This document shows, one piece after another, positions 50,186 to 62,100 of a stretch of DNA of 64,000 nt; the stretch's first letter is position 1; every line of letters begins with the position of its first letter. The position numbers were made by a program, and so were the translations under genes. The stretch is from Utricularia gibba (taxonomy: Eukaryota; Plantae; Magnoliophyta). The stretch spans positions 1,915,592-1,979,591 of the forward strand of contig NEEC01000020.1 of NCBI GenBank assembly GCA_002189035.1, written 5' to 3'. The notes beneath the pieces were generated by a model. That model saw only the letters and a list, made by a program, of their open reading frames with translations, searched no databases and was not told the origin of the DNA.

Positions 50186-53100
50186 TTCCATCATAACTAA
50201 TGACAAGGAGTAGGAGCAAGATAGTTGAAGCTACACTGAACACTCTACTCAACACTATTGTTATAAACCATGCGCTTGAACTCTTACCATTAATGGGGTT
50301 CAACTACTTGATATTGAATCTACCTTAGAGGCCAATATGTCTTTTCATCTTTCATGTGTGTTATTTCACTTGTCAGTTTTTTTTATTTAGTTTGGGCCTT
50401 TAAATGTTAGAACCCAATTCTAAATTATAAATAATCTCAAGATGTACTTTTTGATGATCTTTTAATTTATTTATATAATTGATATTTCATACTGATACGA
50501 CCCTCCAATCAACAAGTGATTGGCAAATCAGATCTTGGTTGAAAAGAAGCAATCCCTCGAGAAAAAGAAGTTGGCCCTCAAGGATTGAAAGATCCTTGCA
50601 ACCCAAACTATGAAATGGTACCACACTCACAGAATCAAGGAAGGAATTGGAAGTGATAAACCACACACTATACACCACAAGCGAGGCTTGATAAGTCTAA
50701 GTTCTACAAGAATTCAAGGAAGGAGAATAGCTCTCAAAAGTTATTATAATCAAAGTTGTCCAAAACATGAGTAAGGTCTTCTTAAATAAATGAAGAATTG
50801 GGCCTTATTAGAGGAAAAGTAGTAATAATAATGTATTTGGTAGTAATGGGCCTTCTCTAATCAAGTTGATTCACTTTGAGAATGTTGAATTTCATGCACA
50901 ACACCTCATAGCTTGATTGATTGGCCCATAAGCTCTTAAGCACTTCTTGTTTCCTTCTTGCTCTTGATCTAGTGATTGGTCCAACTGAAATCAATAGAGG
51001 ATTATTGATCTTATCTCCTTTATTTTCATTGTCATAATTTATAGCATCCATGATCTTATCATATACTCTTTTGGATGTTGTTGAGCGCCTTTGGTTCCAA
51101 CATTTTAAGCCAAACTTCTAACGTAATATGGTTCAATAGATTCTTAACATTTATTCATATTTTCCATTTGTGCCACATATACAACATCTTTAAATGCCCA
51201 TCATCATCTTTCATCATCTTGCTTAAGATTTATCAAAGATGATTGTGACAAGTAAATAGATTACTTGTAGGAGTGGCTAACGTAGAGAAATGAGCAAGAA
51301 ACAAATGAAATTTTATAATGTAATCATACTGACAAATTGTAGATTACCAGCACCCTCGTTTTTCACACACTTCATCTTAATATTATTGATACTCAATTGA
51401 GAGTAAATATCGAGTTCTTCCTAAATAAATTTCTTTTGCACCGTTTTTTTTTTTGGTTCCTTTTCGCCACCCATCTCTGCTATATTAAGAACCTCGTCTT
51501 CACAATTCCCATTCGCTCCATATAGTGCTCTAGCATCACTTAAGATTCTCACTTGCATCGTATGTGCCTCCCATAGAGACTCAGGAGCTTATCTCATCAA
51601 GTGTGCACTATAAGTGAAAGAATGCTTATTCTTGAAGCTGTCATTGAATACTTGTTAATCATACGAACAAGATACTTTGAATAACAAGATACTTGTTATT
51701 CTTGAAGCTGTCATTCAATTTAGATTCTATCTCTTTTTACAACGCTCTTTTCACTCCATTGATCACTGATGCCTTCAAGTTCAGTGTTGTTGCGTTGAGG
51801 CATTCGCACACAACGAGGCCTTCAAGAAGTATGATTATTTTGTACACCTTAGGTTATTCCAATATTTTGAAGAGAAAAAAGATACAATTTTTAAAATCCT
51901 TGTTGCAAAGAATTCAAAGCGAACTTCTCATCCAATGAGTCATCTTTCTGGTATTCACTTTTATAATTTGACATCCTAAAAAAGAGGTAAAAGAAACAGG
52001 CAACAAGGAAGTAAAGAAAAGAAATTTAAAGAAGAAAGAAAAATACACGATTTTTACGCGTCAATCCTCAAGCTTGAAGTTCTTGATGCACTCTTTTACA
52101 TCTTTATGCTTGATCTCATGACATCAAAACAACTAATCACTTTCAGATTTTAATTGATTATGGGGGTTAGGGTAGATCTAGCTTGAAGTCGACAATCATA
52201 CAAAAGTAAGACCATTCTTATATTGGGTGAGATGTGTGCTTGCTCAAAATAAAAGTTGCATTTTGTTCACTAGGGAGTAATGAGCAACCTTGACTCAAAT
52301 AGGTTGAACCTTAGACATCATTGACTAGTAATCTTTTCAGAAACTCTGGATTTTCTAGTGATCTTTATCAAATGATTGGTCCAAGCAAAATCATTGGAGG
52401 ATCCTTCTTTCGTTCATTTTCATTGTTTTCATCACTAGTATCCATGATCTTATCATCTCCACTGCCCTTTAGCAGATTTATTCATGAAGATCAGCATCTA
52501 CATCACAAGGAATCAATTGAGCAATATTGAATATAGAATGTACATAAACCTCCACTATTAGGTCAATTTTGAATGTATTATCATCGATTTTCTCACTGAC
52601 TTGAAATGGTCCAATTCCTCTAGGTGCTAATTTTGAATATCTCTTGGATGTAAATCTACGCTTTTGCAAAGGTACCCAAATCCAATCTGCATGCTGATCA
52701 ATGTTTCTTCGTGTTTGCTAATTACCCTATTTTTTAACTTCATGATGGTTTCGAATCTCTTGAGAAGTGTTCTGATGGCATCTACTTTCTCAGCACAATC
52801 AATGGATTCAACTTCATGAGATGAAATGGCAAAAAGTCTGTTGGAGCATGCGAATTAATTGCATGCTAGAGAATATCATCGAAGAAAACAGCAGCAAATT
52901 TACCAAGAAGACGGTGTAGTACATGATTCATTAATATAATTAAAGTATTAGATGCATTAGTCAATTTAAAAAGCATAACCAACATCAACTTCGAAAGCAT
53001 TCTTGCATTCATCCCCCCTCCTCATCCAAGTTTAATAATATCAACAACATCAATTTATTTTACATGAAATACATTATCCGTAAAATTAATCTACCATGTC

Positions 53101-56100
53101 ATTAAGCCTAGACATATGATAGTTGTACGTAACCGTTCTTTGGTGAATCGCCCAGCAATCTGTGAACATTTTCTTTGTTCCCTCATGTTTAGACACCAAT
53201 AAAATTGGAATGCAGTATGGGCTATCACTTTCCCTCACCAAGCCTTTTGCCACAAGTTCATCCACTAGGGAGTTGAGAACCTGGAACAAAGTCAATTCAA
53301 TGTTCTATTCCTTTGTGTGGTTGAAATCCTGGAACCGATTTAGGATGACATCAATGAACCCATACATACAAGTATCATACAAGTAGGAATATCCTTTTGT
53401 GAGTTAGAGTATGTAACACAGGCTCTTTCAATAAGGGCAAGAGAAATGGATTTCTGCCCCTATGTTTCTTATTGTTATACAAGTGCAATATATGTTTCAC
53501 ATTACTCATCCTTACAATGAGACATTATATTTCTTTTTTTCTCACTATTTCCTTATTCATCTTGATACGGCCTTCAATCAAGAAGTAATTGGCAAACCAG
53601 ATATTGGTTGAAAAGAAGCAATCTCTCAAAGAAAAGAAGTTGGCTCTCAAGGATTTAAAGATCCTTGCAACCTAAACTATGAAATGCAACCACATTCACA
53701 GAATCAATTAAAGAATTTGGAGTGATAAACCACACACTACACACCACAAGCAAGGTTTGATAAGTCTATGTTGTACAAGAACTCAAAGAAGAAGCATTGC
53801 TCTCAAAAAAGATTACAATCAAAGTTGTCTAAAACAAGAGTAAATTCCTTCTTATATAGATAAATGATTGGGCCTTCTTAGAAGAAAAGTAGTAATAATA
53901 ATATATTTGGGAGTAATGGACCTTCTGTAATCAAGTTGATTCACTTTGAGAAGGTTGAATTCTCTGAACACCTCATAGCTTTGTTGATTGGCCCATAGGC
54001 CCTTAAACATCTCTTGATTCTTTCTTGCTCTTAATCTAGTGATTGGCCTAATTGAAATCAATGGAGAATTATAGAACTTGTGTGTTTTATCTTCATTGGA
54101 ATAATCTGTAGCATCCATGATCTCATCACACCTCCTTCTTTTCACTCTCTTTTATTGATGTCCTTTTCTCTCGATTTTCTCTTTCATTTCTCTTATACTC
54201 TCATCTTTCAACTCAATTAAAGATTTCATAGCAGCATTAATCTTCCATTGATATTCATGTGCCCCACTAGAAGATTAAGGCACCAGGATGATTCGTTTAC
54301 CTTTGATGGAGAAGAAGTATTTGTTGGCATATTTATCAGGTGCCATCCTCCTATTACAGTGCAAAGGACATCTAATAGAATTTATCCTGCGTGCATGGGT
54401 ACCACATCATAAAGAAACTCATCGTGTATTTTCACAATGAAGATTGTAATAAGAACTTGTTTAGTAACCTTACTTCACTCTTTGCGTTCAACTATTACAA
54501 CTGATATAGATGTGGATGCATTAGAATAGGACGTTGGATTTCTCCACCATGAGAGAACTAGCATTATTCGTGCATTTACCTCCATCGATTATGAGGCTGC
54601 AAACCTTAGCATTAGATAAGTGTCATGCATGTAATGCGTTCTCTTGTTCCTCCATCGGCTAAATATCCATGACCATAGTCTATCTAGCCACCAAATATTT
54701 GCTTTCGATAGGTTTCTGTTCACATCATCATCTGTCTTCTTTACTTCATGTGCACTTACGCTCTAAATCGGTAATTCAATATCTTCAGAATCTTTTAAAA
54801 TCATAGTCTTCTTCTTGAAGCACATGTCCAAGACATTTGAAGCACTTCATATTACGTGTGTGGGACCACCCACTTCAATCCCATGTCTTGTTTCCTAGCT
54901 TCATGGATCCTTTCTTACTTTAGCACAAACTTGCTGGATTTCCCTTACAAAAAGTAGTATGATTTACGTGGAATGTCTAGAAAGATACTAAAGTACGTAT
55001 ATATGATATTTCCTGTGTCGAAGTAACGCCATTCTCCGCCAATAAGAGTAGCAAAATATGATATCACTAGAGCCCTCAAGATTATGAATGTAGTAACAAA
55101 ACAAAAAATTCAATGGCACGGGACGTTAGTCAGTAAAACGCAATCCTATTTTACTTGTTTCTTTTTTTCAGGTAGCATGATAGAAGCGTTTCCTTTGTCA
55201 ATGGTTTGGTGATATACCCATCTGCTCCAGCCTGAATCATTTTGTTTATCTCATCCCCCGGATGATGTGCAGTCAATGCCCAAATTGGTGTATGAGCACC
55301 ATGGGTGTCTTCTAATTCTCTTATCTTCTTCGTTGTTTCAATCCCATCCATTCCTTCCATCTGCATTTCATGATATTGAATCATCATCGATGTGTCAGCA
55401 CATTAGGGAAAATATTTGAAAAAAAAGTGATAGTTTCGTGCTTTATATACCTACCTCACAGTCCATTAGGATACAGCTGAAAGGGACCGAAGAATCCCAT
55501 CTTCCATCTTTGAGCAATATGGAAACAAGTTCGCAAGCCTTTTCCCCACTTTCACATACGACTATGCTGCCACCAAGCGTTTCAACAGTTGATTTGGCTA
55601 ACATTCTCCCAACGGCATTGTCATCAACAACAAGGATTCTCTTCCCCTTCAGTGGGTTCATGTCATTAGAATCCTCGACTTCTTGTGTACCAACTTCTTT
55701 AATGCATATGGTTTGAGAGGATATGTCAGCATGCAAACTTTCACCCCTTGTTGTTGGAATCCCACCAAATTCAGGCAAAAGGCCAATTGTTTGATACAAT
55801 CGGGATCCATGAAGAGGTTTGCGTATGACCAAATCAGATGAAGGCAGTTTACTAACATCGATGCAGGGGGTGTCATTGTCAGTGATGTCTGGTATGTCAC
55901 ACCAGATGACTCTGCTGCAGCAATATTCAGGTAAGTCTCTTCTGAAATTACCTAGGGTGATGTCGATGTCATGGAATTCTCCTACGCGTATATCAATGAC
56001 AACCAGAATGAATTTCATCTTCCTCCAAGGAACAGAATCTGTGTGTGCCCAGTCAACAGCAGCCAAGGGAGTTTCTTCTAACTTGCGCCATGAGGTAGCA

Positions 56101-59100
56101 ATCCCATCTCTCCTTGAGTTGCTTGAGCTGCCAATACTAGATTGTGAAATCCCTTGCTTGATATTTCTCAGTATTTCAATGAGGTGGTTACAGTTTATGG
56201 CAACTTGCACGTTTATTTCGAGTCTCCTCATGAAGTCTTGCAGGACCGTGCACCTTTTTTGGTTGTGGATGAAGATTATTACTCCAGATCTTTCTACTTT
56301 GCTGTAATAGTTTTGAATGAGACTTCTCCAGCTGCAGAAATGGGAAGAGCTATATCCTCTGTCTAACGTTGCAATTGGGCAGTGTGATGCTTCTGCCTCC
56401 ATGAGTACGTTAAATCTAATGCAGGTACCAATTCCTTGGCCTTCGTTTTCAACTATCTCAATTTCTCCTCCATTAAACGAACCTGAATTCAAATGCGACA
56501 GAGTTAGTGACCCTTTTCATCACTAGAAATTCCTGGTATGGATCAATGTGGCTAAACTGAATGAGCGTTTTAAATGCAACATACCAGGGACTGCACGATA
56601 CCCAGCCCAAGACCAGTGCCTTCTTGGTCGGGTGCTGACCCCTCGACTTGCACATAATTTTCAAACACCATTTGTCTTCTCCCCTTGGGTATTCCGGTAC
56701 CTGTGTCGCTCACTTCAAACCAATACTCCAGCAAATTCGGATTTCTGCGAACCACTGTTGACTCATTTCTTGATGATTGTCGTTCACCTGTCGCATTTAT
56801 CAAAAAGTCCGCGCTTGGTTTTCTAGCCCATCCTCTAACAATGACATGCCCCTCTGACGTAAATTTAACAGCGTTGCTCAGTAAGTTGCCTAGGATTTGC
56901 TTTAGTTTGCGTCTATCTCCTTTGACGTGAGAAAGCCTGATAAGAGAACCATCACCAGGATCTAGAATCACATCAATTCCTTTCTTGATGCCCATGGGGT
57001 GATAAAAATCAACAACGTCTTCTAGTAGCTCTTCCAAGGAAAATCTCTCCTCCACTAGCTGCATTTTCCCAGCCTCGATCCTACTGCTATCAAGAACAGA
57101 TTTCAGAATTCCTGCGTTTAGAGCAACAATCACTGAAAGTGAAAATGTGAGTTGATATAAAGCGATCGACCACGGATAGAAGACGAATAAATAACCTGAA
57201 AGATCACTTATGCAAGCTTCCATTAACTTGAGGTTCGCGTCTGTATCTGACCTGGAATAAGTACTCTGGTACAACTGATGACGACAGAGTTCTGTTATAC
57301 CACTCAACGCAGCCAAGGCGGCATGCATGTCATGGCTTGCTCTAGCAAAGACAAGGCTCTTGCTCATGCTCTTCTTTTCGGATTGTTGAGTAGCTTCCAT
57401 TTGCCTTATCAGAGCATTGCGCAAATGCTTCTCCTTTTTTGCAGCTCTAACTTTCAAAATGAGGATTGCGCATAGCAGTAGCACCATGAGGCCTGCGCCC
57501 AATCCTACCAGTGCGAGTTCCAATTCGATGCTGCCCAGCAGCTTGGAGAAAAGACTTCTTCTATATGGAACACGTGTTGCAGCTACCTGCATGATATGGT
57601 GTTATTCACATATATGACTTTCCGTAGCATATGAAAAAGAAGCATTTATCAGCTGATTTCCCGGGAGTTTGAAAGGTGAACAGAGAGGAAATCTACCTTG
57701 TAACGACACAATTTGAGCATATCCTATTCACGAGACGAAATGTCATTTTATCATAAGTATTGTGAATATTTTTTTCCTAATACCCTAGGTTGTCTTTACC
57801 ACCGAATGAGTTTGCCAACTTACGACTAGTGATTGTTACCATCATCCTCGGTGATACCAGGCAATGGAAAACCCATGATTGCTCAGAAACTTAAATAAAT
57901 AAACTTTACGAAATCAGCATGACACTTACAGGATGTAAGTCCCATGTACGCCAAGCAGCAGTGCTCTTCAATCGCCCCATCTTATTCATTATTCAACGCC
58001 CAAGCTCAGAACATGGAATAAACCAACAGTTTCCCTCTCAGCCGAATGACAGAAACCCAAGAAATAAAGCAGGAAGAAAACGGGAGCATTAATAAGTCAC
58101 TTTCTTCCGTTAGCGAGTAAGAGAAAATATAAAAATAGGAAGAAAAAGGACACGAGGAAGTCCGAGCTGCGGTTTGTTACCATAATAGTCATAGCAAATC
58201 ATGCAAATATTTCCCAAATTTAGTCATGCCAAATTATGGAAGTATTACCAAATAAATTAACAGAAAATTATAAAAATGTATTTAGTAAGACTTTTTCGCC
58301 ATAATTGAGTTTTGATTGCAAAATTATGATGCATATGATTTACATTCATTAACCAGCCAATCAACAAGATAAAATGTCAACTAAATGGTCAAGCAGCTAA
58401 ATAATTAATGTAAATTCAAAATAAGAGAAGTGGTTTTTCTCTTCTTCATGCACGGAAGAGTAGTGTTCTGTGTACAGATGTTGGACATCCGTTTAAACCA
58501 TTCTGTTAAACTACTAATATGCAGATCCTGAGTTTGTGTCTGAAGTATTCTCTTCAAGTTTTTGGAAGGCCGCAAAGGAGAAGGAACTTGTGACGATAAA
58601 TAAATGCAGATGGGAGGTTGTTAATGCATCCATCGACAGAAGAATCATTCGCCTAAAATGAGTTATCCGAACTAAATTAAACTCAGAAGAGTGGCTTGAC
58701 GAACGGAATGCCAGATTGGTTGTGAAAAGGAATATGATCAAGTTAAAGGTATGATTATCTAGACACCTTTTGCAGCAGTTAACTTATCTCAGACTCTTCT
58801 GACCATCTATGGTATCTTTCTGTGCTTTCGGTATCATTTCCATGTTAAGCAAGCCTTCTTCAACGGTAATCCTGAGGATGCTATCTACATTACTCATCCT
58901 TCTTGTTTCGATAGAATTGAATATTCAACAAAGCTTTCATTGTTGATGAAAGCCTTGTAAGGGTTGAAACAAGCCCTTCGAGCATGGTTTGCTTGTTCTG
59001 ATCAAATCGATATTGTCAGGAATATCAAATCATACTTTACAAATGAAGTCTATATGTTTCCGCGGAAAGGAAAATGCAGCTTATGACGAATTCTAGTCTC

Positions 59101-62100
59101 AGCTTCTGACTCAGATTGAAATGAATGAACTATGCACTTTGTCTTAATATTTAGGCATTCAGGTGTTAGCAATTTTCTCAAGGAATATTCACATCTCACA
59201 AGTACTTTTATTCTAATTGGTCGATGAATGGAGTCGCGACACAGATGCTTGCTTATTCTAACTGGAAGGCTGATGTTGATGATTGTATATCATACATGTT
59301 TGCTATCTCAGTTTATGCAATCGCCTGCCAAATCAAAACCTACTTCGCAGAGATGTAATGATACGACCCTCCAATCAACAAGTGATTGGCAAACCAGATC
59401 TTGGTTGAAAGAAGCAATCCCTCAAGAAAAAGAAGTTGGCCCTCAAGGATTGAAAGATCCTTGCAACCCAAACTATGAAATGGTACCACACTCACAGAAT
59501 CAAAGAAGTAATTGGGAGTGATAAACCACGCACTAGACACCACAAGCAAGGCTTGATAAGTCTAAGTTCTACAAGAACTCAAGGAAGGAGAATAGCTCTC
59601 AAAAGTGATTACAATAAAAGTTGTACAAAACATGAGTAAGATCTTATTAAATAGATGAAGGATTGGGCCTTATTACAGGAAAAGTAGTAATAATAATGTA
59701 TTTGGTAGTAATGGGCCTTCTCTCATCAAGTTGATGCACTTTGAGAATGTTGAATTCCATGTCCAACATCTCATAGCTTGGTTGATTGGCCCATAAGCTC
59801 TTAAGCACTTCTTGATTCCTTCTTACTCAAGATCTAGTGATTGGCCCAATTGAAATCAATGGAGGATTATTGATCTTGTGTCCTTTATCTTCATTGGGAT
59901 AATCTATAGCATCTATGATCTCATCATGTAATCAGGTTTTCTGGTATATATTATTCATTATTATGTTCAGTAATAAATGTGTAATAACACGACAGAATGA
60001 AAAAACCACATCCGCAGTGTGGGTTTATATTTAATTCATTTCTCATTTAGAAATAAATAAGATAATCACATGGTCAACTAAAGTAGGTGTTTAATATCAT
60101 TTTTCCTCTATTAGAAAATTAACAATTTTGTTATTTGATTTCACATAACCCATGCTCACGTGCTGGAGCCATGAGACATGATTATCAAACACTAAACAAC
60201 ATTAGAAGCAAAGGCAACCTAACTCTTATATAACATACGAAGATAACATTAGGTCAATTACATATACATGGACTCCTAGCCATAACAACATGCGTAGAAG
60301 CTTCCTCTAGCCTACACAGCACATAAGTCATATCATAGCTAAAATTCCCACATCTACTTCAAGACCTTGCATGACCTAGATTGTCATACTCCTAATTTGG
60401 TTGCTCACTAGACCTTCACCCTTCTACACCTGGAACAAGTTTAAAACACAGAGGGATGATGCAACAGTAATTTCGTAAAACATAAACATGAATGAAGAAA
60501 AACAAGAGTTATTGAGCATAAGATCCCAAGAACAAGCACATAACCACATTGTGAGTCTCATAGTCTATCTTTGCTCAAATTCCTTGAATCTTTGACTTTG
60601 GCATCACATCCAAGTCCTAAAAGGTTGATCATGTATTATCCAAGTTCATTAGTGGTGCTAGGAGTGTGGATCCCCACCCCTCACCAATCTCAAAGATATG
60701 TTCACATAGCACATAAAAGAAGGAACCATGAATGTTCCTTACACTTCAAAAGGGTAAAACGCATTTGCAAAAAAATCAAAAGGGGCTCCAAAACCTCAAG
60801 CGAACTTGTTAAAGAACCCTCAAAGCGTTTTAAGGACTCTAAAAGGGTTTTCCAAAACCAAACAACAAAAAAAAAGAATGATTCAAAGGAACATGCCCTG
60901 TTCGCCACTTGAGAGCAATAAAGAACACAAGAGAATGATGTATTTTCAACTAAAACAACAATTAATCACATAAGCACATAATCAAATATTGTTTCACAGA
61001 AACATGAAAAATATGTTTCTGATAATTGACAATAGCATTTATCCCAGTTGTCTCATTCTTCAGAGAAGTAAATCCTTCTTACAACTAAATCTCACAGAAT
61101 CCCTTGTTCTTCTGTTGATTCCTCCTCTTCCCCTTCCCTGAAATTAGCCCCTTCTGTTTACTAAAATAATTTCTTTACTAGTATATATGGAGTAATTTGA
61201 GTCAGCATCACCCTTATTGTAAGAATACTATGTGGGTATTCTTTTATGCAACACTTGCAAGTCTACTATTGGTTGTTTTTAACAAACCCCATGCTGGTGT
61301 TGTTCCTTTCCCTAGTGCCAATTTATCCAGACCATGATCATTTAAAGTAGGAACTTGGCTTAGCCCTTGATAACATACCCCTAATCCCTGGGTGCGTGAA
61401 TCTCTCTTCTAACGTGCACAATATTCTTGGTTGTATTCTCAGCTTCTTTCGATTATATATTGACTATGATTTGATAAACCCTGTCAATGATTATTTATGT
61501 ATGATATACGTTAGTTCCATCATTTATTGGTGAAATAGCCATTCCACGTCTGTTGAATCTTTCACCACGATTTGCACGAGCAACTTCACGCTATCAATGG
61601 CTTGGGAGCTGCAAAAAATTTTTTCCAAGTGTAGGAAGATAATGGACAAGCAAGGCAGTTAGTACACCATTCGAGCCTCTCATATTTTCAAGTTGTTCTA
61701 GTAAACAAAGGTCAAAAGATTCAACAATCAAAAAATGATTTCGTTTTCATTCAAGGGTGCCCAATACAGACTCGTGCCACAGATAGTGAGTGTACATGTA
61801 GTGGTTGGTCATGTCTGAAGCCATTTGCATACCTGAAAGATTAGGGATAAGTCAGATGCCACTAAAAACTCATGCTCCATCGATGATAGTAGTTAAGGAT
61901 AAGGACAACACTAGTATGGGATGTACTATAAACAAGCAACAGAGGTGTTGCATGTGCAGGTTATAGGAAAATCCACATGCCATTCTTAACATTGAGTGAT
62001 ATTGACCTGTGTTGCCAAGTAAACATTGGTGGTAACAAGACTTGGGAATACCTGAACTGTTATTGTTTCAGAAGATATGGCATAGAGGATACAACATGAG

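Noticed and set aside
32766-57592. OGI- or ARR17-type hairpin siRNA locus
   Set aside because: The copies are long spliced genes about 20 kb apart rather than short adjacent partial repeats, so one hairpin transcript is unlikely. Not excluded without small-RNA data.
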